Notes: generated by a model from the sequence alone, not told the origin. A stretch of 64,000 nt of DNA from Waterburya sp. (GCA_965217895.1 CBDCJV010000002.1:224001-288000), one strand, 5' to 3'. Shown: positions 9,634 to 19,927, counted from the first letter of the stretch. Program-made: numbers and translations.

Positions 9634-10710
9634 CTAATTAGGAACTGTTATGCGTTCTAAAGGAATCATTTCCACATCAAGATAAATTTCTTGACCGATC
9701 TTTTGAGCGAGAGCAGATTTTACCCGCTCGATTTGCGCTTTAGAAATTGAATTAAGTGGTGCTGCTATATCTAAATCTACCCTCAAATAGCCTTTTTTCG
9801 GCGTAACTACAATTGAGTTGATATCGGCATTAGCAAAAGTTTCTGTTTCATTGAAAATAAAGTATTCAATTTGTTGGCGAACATTCTTGGTCACAATCAA
9901 CTCACGCATTGAAAGAGTTAAAGGAATACCCAACAAGAACATGACTGCCGTAGACATTGCTAGTCCTTTTTTCGCTCGTTCAAGGTTGCCATAGGACTGA
10001 AACAAAAATACCAAACTGCCAAAAAAGATAATGCAAATTAGGTTGGTTAAAAATAACAGCAGCGCACCAAGGGCAATATCAGCTTCTCCCTGCGCCATAC
10101 CAATACCCACCACACTAAGAGGTGGAACTAAAGCTACGGCGATCGCCACCCCAGGCATAGCACTAGAAATACTCCGACGAGTATTAGCAAAAGCCCCTGC
10201 TGCCCCTGCTGCCATGGCAATACCAAAGTCAATTAAAGTCGGCTTGACGCGAGACATGATTTCTGAATCTACGGTATCTAGACCAATGATTGAAGTAGCA
10301 AGCCAAGAAACACCAATTGTTAGCAAGATTCCTTTGAGTAGCGTAAAACTAGAGCGACGCAGCAGTCTACGATTGCCCATTGCCGTAGAATAAGCCATGC
10401 CAACGATAGGTCCCATCAAAGGTGCAACAATCATCGCCCCAATAATTACCGCAGCACTATTAGCCAGCAGCCCTAAAGTAGCAATAATTGCTGATAAACC
10501 CAGCATAAAGTGAAAGCTAAATGAGGGGACAGATAACCGCCAGATACTTCGGTTTAAGCTAGCAATAGGAGTCGCCTTTTCTTTTAACCAACGCCAATCG
10601 CCGTTATCCTGTTCCCAGAGTCGTTTGAGGTGAAGTTTACGATTTATTTGACGCAGAAAATATCTAATGCGAATAAGATATCGAGGATTGTAGGTCAGAA
10701 TAACTGTCAT
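9634..10710 (-). CDS. DUF389/TIGR00341 family membrane protein
   Basis: IATLGLLANSAAVIIGAMIVAPLMGPI and PGVAIAVALVPPL motifs. Confidence 0.88.
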   Translation of the reverse strand: MTVILTYNPRYLIRIRYFLRQINRKLHLKRLWEQDNGDWRWLKEKATPIASLNRSIWRLSVPSFSFHFMLGLSAIIATLGLLANSAAVIIGAMIVAPLMGPIVGMAYSTAMGNRRLLRRSSFTLLKGILLTIGVSWLATSIIGLDTVDSEIMSRVKPTLIDFGIAMAAGAAGAFANTRRSISSAMPGVAIAVALVPPLSVVGIGMAQGEADIALGALLLFLTNLICIIFFGSLVFLFQSYGNLERAKKGLAMSTAVMFLLGIPLTLSMRELIVTKNVRQQIEYFIFNETETFANADINSIVVTPKKGYLRVDLDIAAPLNSISKAQIERVKSALAQKIGQEIYLDVEMIPLERITVPN

Positions 10711-10843
10711 CTCAATTATTTATAAGGCGATTTTAATAATTACTGATAATTAGTAGTTGATAAAGCTCACTTCATCATTGGCTAAGTAACCAATAATATA
10801 AATCATTCTTCAGATATATTCAGTTATCTTAATGTACTTCAAG

Positions 10844-11440
10844 CTAAGGCGATTCTGATGCGCTAGACTCTAGATTTTCCTGCAAAATATCCAAAACAAC
10901 CTGGGGATCGGTTGCCTGCTGCATAATTTGCGCTTCTTGGTCGTAGCGATCGCGTATAGTAGGAATATCTTCGCGTAATTCTTCGACTAATTCGATCAGT
11001 TTGGCAATTTTCTGTTCTGTTAGTAAATTGATTTGTAAGATCAAGTGCGATCGCTGTTCGGCTAACTTATCTTGGCGATTTTGCTGGACTAATACCCCTG
11101 TAGTGATAAGTAAAGCAGAAACATCAATTCCCATTTCCTGGACATCAAACAGAGGTAGACCAAAGGGTAATATCTGTGGTGCTAGATGAGAACAGATTGC
11201 CCAACTGGCAAAAAATAATAATTGCAGATATAAAAATTCCGATTTGCCAAAAAAAGCGGCTATCTTTTCAATAATGCGATCGCGCCAGGGCAACTTTTGT
11301 TCTTGTTCTGCTTGGAAGCCAATAATTGCCTTGATGTTTTTGACTACCTGTTCAGATAAAGGATACCTTTTTCCGTCGATATAAACTGATTTGGCTGACG
11401 GGGGAACAATGGGAGGCAATTTATTAGAAGAGAAAACCAT
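10844..11440 (-). CDS. DUF1003 domain membrane protein
   Basis: Two TM helices then QNRQDKLAEQRSHL.LQINLL.EQK. Confidence 0.8.
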   Translation of the reverse strand: MVFSSNKLPPIVPPSAKSVYIDGKRYPLSEQVVKNIKAIIGFQAEQEQKLPWRDRIIEKIAAFFGKSEFLYLQLLFFASWAICSHLAPQILPFGLPLFDVQEMGIDVSALLITTGVLVQQNRQDKLAEQRSHLILQINLLTEQKIAKLIELVEELREDIPTIRDRYDQEAQIMQQATDPQVVLDILQENLESSASESP

Positions 11441-11748
11441 GGAATAGACATCCTAAGTTTAAAGTTTAAAGTTTAAAATAATAAGCAACTATACCTGCAC
11501 TGTAAGCTAATTAAAATTAAACTGCTTCTATCTATAGAAAGAAAAAGGCGATCATTATACTGAATATGTGACCACGCAAAGAGGTGTACGGTTGACTGTC
11601 GCCGTTTCGTGAATGGGAAATTAATTACAGAACTATAGCTAAAATGCGATCGCACAAAAGTAGACAAAGCTGCGATAACTTCCAGGTAAAGTAATTCTAG
11701 TTAATGTTAGTTCGGGTTAAGATAATTAAACGGTTGAGGTAACTCTAG

Positions 11749-14700
11749 TTACATAATAGTTTTTTTGCAGAGTTTTCGATCTTGTAGATTGCTATGTTGT
11801 AGATAATCTTTTACCCAGTTACAGGCGTATTTTAGAGTGTCTAGTTGCAGGATATTATTTAGATTCCAGAGGATGACCTTAGAGTCTTCTCCCGCCGTAG
11901 CTAGAGTTTGACTATCGGGACTAAAAGCGATTGACCAAACGGAATTATCATGTCCCTGAAATGTTTGCAGTTGTTGCCACGTTTGATTTTTATTTTGCCA
12001 CAAAATTATTTTGCCATCATCGTCAACGCTAGCCAAATATTGACTGTTAGGACTGATAGTAACTCCTTTTACCGCAGCATCATGTTTTTCCAAGGTTGCT
12101 ATTGTTTGTCCCTCAAGATTCCAAATTCTCACAGTACGATCTTCGCTACCAGAGATAATTGAATTGCCGTTGGGACTATAAGCAACCGTTCTTACAGCGT
12201 CTTGGTGTCCCTTGAGGGTATGTAACAGGTTGCCATTCATATCCCAGATTTTGACTGTATTGTCTTCGCTAGCGGAAACTAATTGATTCCCTTGAGGGCT
12301 AATTGCAACGTCCCAGACTTTCTGAGTATGTCCTTTGAGGGTATGCAGGAGATTGCCATTAATATCCCAAATTTTAATTAGGTTATCGTCGCCAGCCGTG
12401 ACAATTTTTTGACCATCAGGACTAATATCTACTGCCCAAATAGCAGCGTTATGCGCTTGAATAGTATTGATTACTTTGCCATTTGTTTGCCAAATTCTTA
12501 GGGTTTTATCTGCACCTACTGAGGCAATGGTTTTGTGATAAATTGCGACATCATAGACTTCGGCTGTATGACTGCGAAAAGTCTTAAGTAAAGTCCCTGC
12601 TTGATTCCACAGCTTAACAGTTTGATCGTCGCTAGCAGAGGCAATCAGATCGTTACTATAGTCTACAGCGATCGCCACATCTTGATGACCAGATAAAATT
12701 TTAACTAGATTGTTATTTGGCTGCCATAGTCTCACGGTTTTATCCCAGCTAGCCGAAGCAATATCACCATCAGGAGTATATGCCACATCCCAAACTCTAC
12801 TAGTGTGTCCTCTGAGGGTAGTTATTTCAGTACCGTTGCTGTCCCAAATTTTAAGCCTTTTATCGGCACTAGCGGAGACAATTTGATTATTAAGGGGATT
12901 TACTGCCACACCATATACGGATGCAGAATGTCCTCTAAGAGTAGCAATTTCAGTACCGTTGCCATTCCAGATTTTGAGCGTTTTATCTCGACTACCAGAG
13001 ATTATTTTTTTACCGTCAGGAGTAACTGCCAACGCGCGGACACCTGAACTATGTCCTGTTAAAGTTTTAATCGCTTTACCCTGCTGCCAAATTTTAATTG
13101 TGCCGTCTTCACTTCCTGAGATGATCTTGCCATCGAGACTTATAGTAATAGCTTCAACTGCTGCGGTATGTCCTCGTAGAGTGCTAACAATATTACCCTG
13201 TTGCCAAACCTTGATCGTGCCATCTTCGCTACCTGTAACTATTTGATCATTTGGCTTAATCGCAACACTGGTAACTGGCTGGGGATGTTGCAAGGTATCT
13301 AGCAACTTACCGTCTTGATTCCACAATTTTACAGTGCGATCGCGACTGGCAGAAGCAATAATGCCATTAGAACTAATTGCTACATCTACCACCCAACCAT
13401 CGTGTTTTAATATTTTGCTAGGTTGCCAGCCTGTTGAGTTTTTGTGCCACAGTCTAACGGTATTATCTGTAGCTGCGGTAGCCATCAGCTTGCCGTTGGT
13501 AGAAACTGCAATACTGTAAATGCGATCGCTATGTCCCAAAAGGCGATCGTATTCTTTGATTTCGTATACCGACTGTTGCAAAGCGGTATTAACTTTCTGC
13601 GTTAGATCTTGATTAACTCGCCAGGATTTTTTTAGCTGCTGCTTGGCTTTAATGGCTGTAATTAAAGCATCAAGTTTTTGATTGGAGGCAAAGAGTGCTT
13701 CGCTAGACTGTACGAGAGTATTGATGTTGCTGAAGTTAGTTTGGCGAGATTTAAGATAAAACCCCGCAAGCATTGCCAAGGAGAAAAGAATAAATAGTCT
13801 TTGCCATCTAACCAACTTCTTTTCTTGCGCCAATTGTCTGGCTACAATTTCGGCTTTTTGAGCCAATTGTGCTTGTCTTTGCTCTTTAATATCTAGAAAT
13901 TCGCTTTTTCTTAAAAACTCGTTTTCTTTTGCCGTAATACTGTGCTTACTTGCCCAAGTTTGTGCTTCGTCTAAGGCTGTCCCTCGTAATAGATGAGATC
14001 GATCCTGTTCGGATTTTAACCAAGCTGCGATCGCATTTTGATAGGGACTTATGGCTGTTAACTGTTTAACAATCCATGCTTTATTAAAAACTTGTTCATA
14101 AATAGGATTACTAACTCTTAATTTTCCCTGTCGTGCGCTGACTAACCCACTGAGGCGTAATTCTACTTGCTCATCACTACCGTCGATAGCTATGCCTTGC
14201 TGTTTAAGTATTTGTTGATAAAGAGTCAGAAATCTCGCTCTATTTTGGTGATTATGTAAAAGGCGATCGCGTATAGTTTTAAGATGTTCTGGTTCGTCTT
14301 GAATTTCCCAGTTATCTACCAAGCGATGTTGAATTAATCGAGGTATGTTTACTTGTGATTCACTACATCGAACGGTTAAAGAACAAAGTTTTTGAGTTAA
14401 AAAAGGCTGTCCTTTTGTCCAATATAAAATCTCTTGTAAGATTGCTGATGATTCGGTGAATTTATTTGATAAACCTGCTATCAATGGTTGCGCTTCGGTA
14501 AAATCAAACCCTGTAAGCCCAATAGCTTTACCAATATTAAAAGGACTAAGTTGTTTATCTATTCTTAAACTTGAGGGCGTTGCTACACCTAATAAGCAAA
14601 AAGTTAAGCGATGATATTGTTTAGATTCAACTCTTTTTTCATAACAATTGCGAATTAAAATTAGAAACTCATCGCGAAAATCGAGATTAATAATATTATC

Positions 14701-15132
14701 AACTTCATCTAGAAAGATAATAATATCTGCAAGACAATTAGCTAACAAAACATCTTCAATAAAGCGATTAAACCTTTGAATAGGGGAAAGTTGCAAATGC
14801 GATCGCCACCAGTTTAGATCGTCATCAATTCCCGTAGTCAAACGCAGCTTGCGCCATAATTCAGCAGCTAATCCGCCATACCACTGTTCGGCTGTAGCAA
14901 ATCTACCTAAGATTCCCAAATCAATTGCTACACATTTAAAACCTTCTTTTGCTAGAGTTTTCATTGTTCTAACTCTTAGGCTTGATTTGCCCATTTGCCG
15001 AGAATTAAGTACGTAGCAAAACTCTTTTTGCTTTAAGGAATTATATATATCGCGATCGGCTTTCCTAGCAATGTAAGTTGGATGTCCATAACGTAAACTT
15101 CCTCCAACTTTGAAATAGTTATTATCAAACAT
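11749..15132 (-). CDS. AAA-like (AAA_35/STAND-type) NTPase with C-terminal WD40 repeats
   Basis: Walker A SRQMGKSS, Walker B IFLDEVD, PFNIG, WTKGQPFLTQKLC; hydrophobic segment; about 14 GH..WD repeats. Confidence 0.88.
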   Translation of the reverse strand: MFDNNYFKVGGSLRYGHPTYIARKADRDIYNSLKQKEFCYVLNSRQMGKSSLRVRTMKTLAKEGFKCVAIDLGILGRFATAEQWYGGLAAELWRKLRLTTGIDDDLNWWRSHLQLSPIQRFNRFIEDVLLANCLADIIIFLDEVDNIINLDFRDEFLILIRNCYEKRVESKQYHRLTFCLLGVATPSSLRIDKQLSPFNIGKAIGLTGFDFTEAQPLIAGLSNKFTESSAILQEILYWTKGQPFLTQKLCSLTVRCSESQVNIPRLIQHRLVDNWEIQDEPEHLKTIRDRLLHNHQNRARFLTLYQQILKQQGIAIDGSDEQVELRLSGLVSARQGKLRVSNPIYEQVFNKAWIVKQLTAISPYQNAIAAWLKSEQDRSHLLRGTALDEAQTWASKHSITAKENEFLRKSEFLDIKEQRQAQLAQKAEIVARQLAQEKKLVRWQRLFILFSLAMLAGFYLKSRQTNFSNINTLVQSSEALFASNQKLDALITAIKAKQQLKKSWRVNQDLTQKVNTALQQSVYEIKEYDRLLGHSDRIYSIAVSTNGKLMATAATDNTVRLWHKNSTGWQPSKILKHDGWVVDVAISSNGIIASASRDRTVKLWNQDGKLLDTLQHPQPVTSVAIKPNDQIVTGSEDGTIKVWQQGNIVSTLRGHTAAVEAITISLDGKIISGSEDGTIKIWQQGKAIKTLTGHSSGVRALAVTPDGKKIISGSRDKTLKIWNGNGTEIATLRGHSASVYGVAVNPLNNQIVSASADKRLKIWDSNGTEITTLRGHTSRVWDVAYTPDGDIASASWDKTVRLWQPNNNLVKILSGHQDVAIAVDYSNDLIASASDDQTVKLWNQAGTLLKTFRSHTAEVYDVAIYHKTIASVGADKTLRIWQTNGKVINTIQAHNAAIWAVDISPDGQKIVTAGDDNLIKIWDINGNLLHTLKGHTQKVWDVAISPQGNQLVSASEDNTVKIWDMNGNLLHTLKGHQDAVRTVAYSPNGNSIISGSEDRTVRIWNLEGQTIATLEKHDAAVKGVTISPNSQYLASVDDDGKIILWQNKNQTWQQLQTFQGHDNSVWSIAFSPDSQTLATAGEDSKVILWNLNNILQLDTLKYACNWVKDYLQHSNLQDRKLCKKTIM

Positions 15133-15151
15133 CTATATTATTAAATAATTA

Positions 15152-16456
15152 CTAATCAATTATCCTTGGTAAAAAATAAAGTTTATATAGTTCACAACTA
15201 GGCATAACCGTATTATTTTCTTTCGACCATTGAATTAATCCCATACGATAAAGTTGATAAGCTAAAAGCGTTTCTACTTGTACAGAGCCAGAGCTTTTTA
15301 ACACTTTTAAAAATATCTTGTTGAGCTTGCTATTAGACTTCAAATTAATTAAATGTTGCCGCAGATAACTATTATAAATTCCCGTCTCGGTTGCAGCCTT
15401 TTCTAATAATTCATCCAGACTTTGCTCAGAGTTACTTGATAAGTTAGACATAATCAAATCAACTAAGTAAGGATGTCCTCCGAGCATAAATATTAGCTGC
15501 TCAATTTCTGTGACAGAAAAATTTAAGCTGTAAGACTTTGCCAATTCTTTTATTTGCTGCCGATCAAATGGTTTTAATTCAACAGGTAAACCGACATTAA
15601 AAGGCGACTGATTAATGTCTAAACTACCAAAGTCTTCAGTAGAATAGACTACCACAAGTCGCAACTTTTCCCAAAGTTCATCATTATTAGCTTCTTCATA
15701 CCAACTGCGTAATAAATAAAAAAAATCTTGACTAATATTTGGATAATTTAACAGGCGATCAACTTCATCTAAACCTAATACCAAAGGTTGCTCAGATTGT
15801 TCTAAAACTTTTTCTAGATATCTAGTACAACTAAGCATACTGCCTCGGTCTTGATTCCAATAGTCATCGAGATTTAGATTTAGTTTTAAAGCATCGCTAA
15901 GATAAATGCAAAACCAGCGTAAAAACTGATCTAGGCTATTAAATTTGCTTGTTTCTATTTGTAATAAATTAATATGAACCGTGGGGTATTTTTGTTCGCT
16001 AGCATAGTTCAATATATTATTTAGCAATTTTGTCTTGCCCATTTTACTGGGAGCTTTAATTCTAATTATTGCTCCTGGCTGCAAGATAGTTTGATAACAT
16101 TCGGCTTCAATTGATGAGGTTTGTAAACTAGCATGATTTTGCTTGTTTAAAAAACCTTCTGATGCTTGAAAATCTTCTAACAGCCAATCTCTTAATATTT
16201 GAAAGCTTCCCGCACCTTGTCTTTTTTGTAATTCTACACAACCGTCATCTCTAGTTTTAAAAACCTTATAAATATTGGTCAGATGCTTGACAAAAGATTC
16301 AAAGCTACTCACTTCTGCTAGTTGCCAAATATCTTCTATTTTCTTGAGCCAATTTTGATGAGCAAAGCGAGTCAAAAATACGCTTGTCTGAGTAGTAGTT
16401 AAATTAAACTTTAGTGCTTGATGCTCTAAAAAATCATTCCATTGGTTATCAAACAT
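15152..16456 (-). CDS. AAA-like (AAA_35) NTPase with N-terminal helical domain
   Basis: Walker A APSKMGKT, LGLDEVD, LRSWYEE, QSPFNVG, GGHPYL. Confidence 0.85.
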   Translation of the reverse strand: MFDNQWNDFLEHQALKFNLTTTQTSVFLTRFAHQNWLKKIEDIWQLAEVSSFESFVKHLTNIYKVFKTRDDGCVELQKRQGAGSFQILRDWLLEDFQASEGFLNKQNHASLQTSSIEAECYQTILQPGAIIRIKAPSKMGKTKLLNNILNYASEQKYPTVHINLLQIETSKFNSLDQFLRWFCIYLSDALKLNLNLDDYWNQDRGSMLSCTRYLEKVLEQSEQPLVLGLDEVDRLLNYPNISQDFFYLLRSWYEEANNDELWEKLRLVVVYSTEDFGSLDINQSPFNVGLPVELKPFDRQQIKELAKSYSLNFSVTEIEQLIFMLGGHPYLVDLIMSNLSSNSEQSLDELLEKAATETGIYNSYLRQHLINLKSNSKLNKIFLKVLKSSGSVQVETLLAYQLYRMGLIQWSKENNTVMPSCELYKLYFLPRIID

Positions 16457-16553
16457 ATATCATTTGCTATTTATAGCTAGCTTTTTTATTGGCAATATAG
16501 TTTAAATATATGTTCAATAGTGAATTTTTTTCAAGATTGAGTGAATTTTCTAC

Positions 16554-16664
16554 TTTTTTTCCAGTTATGTGTTTTTAAACAATAAAGTTTCTATATTTTT
16601 TAGATTGGATAGTTTAATTCTTTTAATTATATTTAGTTTTAAAGCATAAGTTCTTGGTTTTAAT
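16554..16664 (+). repeat. duplicated ~110-bp intergenic (promoter-like) segment, copy A
   Basis: TTTTTTTCCAGTTA...ATATTTTTTAGATTGGATA.TTTAATTCTTTTAA.TATATT shared with 19700-19812. Confidence 0.75.
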
Positions 16665-16683
16665 AAATCAGGAGAAAAACAAT

Positions 16684-17229
16684 ATGACTATTATCAGTGG
16701 TACTATTTACGACGATAATTTAGAGGGAACTTCTCTAGATGATTCTCTTTTTGGCGATGCAGGAAATGATAATTTAATTGGTAGTGAAGGAGATGATTAT
16801 TTAGATGGTTGGAGTGGTAACGACGAACTCAATGGTGATACCGGCGATGATGTCTTATTAGGATATACGGGTAACGATAGTTTGTTAGGAAGTACAGGTA
16901 GCGATATCCTTGCAGGTGAAGCAGGAGACGATCTTCTCAATGGCTACGGTGATACTGAGTCTGAATATGACATCTTGAGTGGTGGTGAAGGTGCAGACAC
17001 CTTTGCACTCGGCGATATATCTAAAGTTTTTTATCAAGGATTTGGCTTTGCTACAATTACCGATTTTGAATCAACTGAAGGAGATAAACTTCAAGTTTTT
17101 GGCAGCATCGAAGATTACTCTCTCTCAGAGTTTTATGGTGGTACAGATATTTACTATCAGAATGACTTAATTGGTAACGTCGCCAACACCCCTGATATAT
17201 CACTAGAAAACGATTTCATTTTTGTTTAA
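16684..17229 (+). CDS. RTX/hemolysin-type calcium-binding protein
   Basis: Many GxxGxDxLx nonapeptides, ATITDF, C-terminal DFIFV; ATG after GGAGA RBS. Confidence 0.85.
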   Translation: MTIISGTIYDDNLEGTSLDDSLFGDAGNDNLIGSEGDDYLDGWSGNDELNGDTGDDVLLGYTGNDSLLGSTGSDILAGEAGDDLLNGYGDTESEYDILSGGEGADTFALGDISKVFYQGFGFATITDFESTEGDKLQVFGSIEDYSLSEFYGGTDIYYQNDLIGNVANTPDISLENDFIFV

Positions 17230-17488
17230 TTAACTGTTGAAACTTTATCGCTTTACCAATCAACCTGTTCCAACAGTCGTTGTTATCAGCAATCTTAAAA
17301 ATCATGAAAATCTTAACTATACTAAAGCACATAAAATCAACTGATTGTCAAATATACGCATCTTAAGGGTGGTTAGGTAAGCAGCAGTTACATAAAGACC
17401 AAGAACAAACTAAACAAAAATCTAATGGATCTAAATTAGAACAGCTTTTTTTAGCAGAAAATCTTAAATCGAAGGGGAAGTCAAAAAA

Positions 17489-17905
17489 ATGTCAGACCAA
17501 AAATCTTTAGACAAAGAATTGCATAAGAATTTGCCAGTTAGAAAAGCATATCAGTTTCTTCAAATTAGAGTTCAGCTTTTAGGCAGAGGCATAACCAACG
17601 AAATTATGAATCTTTACGTGAATGGAAAAAAATTAAAGTATAAAGTAAAAACAATGCATGAATTTTTAAACTTTTTAGGTGTTCAGGGTTTTCGCATTGT
17701 TACAGCAGAATTAGAAACAGAAGGCGTTGATAATAATTTTTCTAAAGTTCATTTTTATACAATGCAGCGTGAAATTTTTACGCAAGATGATCTCACTGAG
17801 GATATTTTCGCTACTTTAGATAGAACTAAACAAGGGGCAGATTTTGGAGAATCTGTTAGGAACTTTTTAGAGTTTACAACAACGCTTGATAATTTACCTA
17901 TATAA
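17489..17905 (+). CDS. hypothetical protein
   Basis: 138-aa ORF with ATG and RBS-like GAAGGGG; followed by a HIP1-based hairpin at 17920-17958. Confidence 0.6.
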   Translation: MSDQKSLDKELHKNLPVRKAYQFLQIRVQLLGRGITNEIMNLYVNGKKLKYKVKTMHEFLNFLGVQGFRIVTAELETEGVDNNFSKVHFYTMQREIFTQDDLTEDIFATLDRTKQGADFGESVRNFLEFTTTLDNLPI

Positions 17906-17973
17906 AATTAGCGAATATTTGCGCGATCGCATTTTATCAGACTTCAAGCGATCGCGCACCGTATCTAAAGGAA

Positions 17974-18057
17974 AATCGCAATCAAGCTGTTGATTTAGTC
18001 AAGGTTGAAGTCGATTCTAATTCAGAGTTTGGTTATTCTTTTGCGCCTGTTGATTAA
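17974..18057 (+). repeat. 3'-end remnant of ABC substrate-binding protein gene, copy 1
   Basis: Translates NRNQAVDLVKVEVDSNSEFGYSFAPVD*; repeated at 18620-18760 and 19822-19905. Confidence 0.75.
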
Positions 18058-18072
18058 GTATTTAGCTACCTA

Positions 18073-18161
18073 TATAGCAATTCTATTTCAGTTATGAATT
18101 AATCGACTGAGACAGGGAACAAGGAATAAAAATTGTTTATGGATCATTTAGGATTGCTATA
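18073..18161. mobile_element. MITE-like element
   Basis: TATAGCAATTCTA ... TAGGATTGCTATA inverted ends. Confidence 0.6.
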
Positions 18162-18205
18162 GTTGGGCGAAACAATGGCAAAAAGAAAAGTAAAAAAATT
18201 AAGCG

Positions 18206-18598
18206 ATGAAAAGCCTCAAATTAATTTCAGCTTTGATGTTTACACTAATTCTAATTTGCTTTCTTTTCCCATTTATTACTTATGAGTTTATAGATATTTA
18301 TACAGTAACAGGTTTTGAGATTGTAACTAGTATAACTGATAATCCTAACTCTGGTGATAGCAAAGTTATCTATACTTATGTCTTGGCACTTATAGGACTA
18401 GGAACAGGCTTCTTTAAGTCACGAAAAAGTACAATTATCGCTTCTGGATCAGGAATATTTGGGGGAATATTACTACTATGGCTATGGGTAGAGACAAAAA
18501 GCTTTACATATCAATTTTTAACTTACGAAATCGGCTTTTGGAGTATTTTACTATTATTTTTTGGAGTCGCGTTTGTTAATCATTATTTGTCAAAATAA
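18206..18598 (+). CDS. hypothetical membrane protein (4 TM)
   Basis: Four hydrophobic segments; LICFLFPF...TGFE motif. Confidence 0.65.
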   Translation: MKSLKLISALMFTLILICFLFPFITYEFIDIYTVTGFEIVTSITDNPNSGDSKVIYTYVLALIGLGTGFFKSRKSTIIASGSGIFGGILLLWLWVETKSFTYQFLTYEIGFWSILLLFFGVAFVNHYLSK

Positions 18599-18619
18599 GC
18601 CTCAAATGCGATTGATCGC

Positions 18620-18760
18620 TTTCTTGCAACTGGCGCATCAGGAACAATTAAGTTTTTACCTTCAGGCGATCGCAATCAAGCGGTTGATTTAGTTAAGGTT
18701 AAAGTCGATCCTAATTCTGAATTTGGTTATTCTTTTGTGCCTGCCAATTCAAACAAATGA
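18620..18760 (+). repeat. 3'-end remnant of ABC substrate-binding protein gene, copy 2 (longest)
   Basis: FLATGASGTIKFLPSGDRNQAVDLVKVKVDPNSEFGYSFVPANSNK*; resembles the C-terminus of cyanobacterial LivK-type binding domains; stop overlaps the next ATG (ATGA). Confidence 0.75.
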
Positions 18761-19610
18761 AAAATTTACCTCCATTGATTGTCTGTTTTTCGGGAGTCGC
18801 GATCGCTGTTGGTAATTTCTTAATTGAAAAGCCATATCCACAAGCTATCTCTGTAACCTGTCAGACACTTAAGAATACCATTATTGTCAACAGTAGTCAA
18901 TTTGTCGGCTCTTTACAAGCCAAACAACAGGCAGTTATTAAAGCAGAAAACGAGGGAAAAATAAGTCAGATTTTGGTTCAACCAGGAGAAAGCGTTAATG
19001 CTAATACTAGTGTTTTTTTACTAGATAATGGCAGTCAAATTAAAGCACCTATATCAGGAATAATTGCTGAGATTTCGGTCAATTCAGGAGAATTTATCAC
19101 TAAAGGTCAAATATTAACTAGTATTGTTAACAATCAAACTCTAAACCTTATAATTAGTGTTCCGATTGAGAACTCATCTCAACTAAAAATTGGTCTTCCT
19201 GTAGAAATTATTGACTCTTCAAGAAATGTTATTTTAAAAAGTAAAATTAACTTTATTTCTCCTGAAGTCAATCAAGAAGGTATCATAGCTAAGTCTATCT
19301 TCCACAATAACGGAAATTTCAGGACTAATCAGTTGGTCGCAGCTAAAATTATTTGGTCGCAAAAACCTGCAATTTTAATTCCAACTGAATCAGTATTTCG
19401 TATAGGTGGAAAAAGTCTTGTCTTTATAGTAGAAGAAAAAAAAATAGTGGCTCTATTTCGGTTGCCGAACCAAGACCTGTTGAATTAGGTAATATTCAAG
19501 GAAAACAGTACCAAGTCGCATCTGGTTTGAAAGCAGGAGAACAAATAATACTATCAAATATTATCAATCTTTCTGACGGCATTTCCATACAATGTCTCAA
19601 TAACTTTTGA
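18757..19610 (+). pseudogene. efflux periplasmic adaptor (HlyD/AcrA-like MFP) frameshifted at an A9 run
   Basis: Lipoyl-like halves and FISP motif; after A9 at 19436-19444 another frame continues AEPRPVELGNIQGKQYQVASGLKAGEQIILSNIINLSDG, the typical MFP C-terminus. Confidence 0.75.
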
Positions 19611-19699
19611 AGCTTCCATGCCAATTTATTATTAATGATAAATTTTAGCTTGTGTATGGTTGCCTTATTTCTATAAATAATCTAGGAATTTAATTCCAG

Positions 19700-19812
19700 T
19701 TTTTTTCCAGTTAAATCTCTGTCAGAACAATTAAATTTCCATATTTTTTAGATTGGATAATTTAATTCTTTTAAGTATATTGAGTCTTAAGGTTCAAATT
19801 ATTAGCTTTAAT
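19700..19812 (+). repeat. duplicated ~110-bp intergenic segment, copy B
   Basis: Aligns with 16554-16664. Confidence 0.75.
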
Positions 19813-19821
19813 TCGCGTGCA

Positions 19822-19905
19822 AATTGCAACCATGCTGTTTAGTTACTAAAGGTCGGAGTTGATTCTAATTCAGAATTTGGCTATTCTTTTGTCCCTGCGA
19901 ATTAA
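19822..19905 (+). repeat. 3'-end remnant of ABC substrate-binding protein gene, copy 3
   Basis: NCNHAV*LLKVGVDSNSEFGYSFVPAN*, same length and frame as copy 1, with an internal stop. Confidence 0.7.
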
Positions 19906-19927
19906 ATGAACTTGAACGGAACAGATT

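Noticed and set aside
17974..19905. The three repeats as a CRISPR array
   Set aside because: Units are 84-140 bp, divergent, separated by whole genes and translate as a protein C-terminus.
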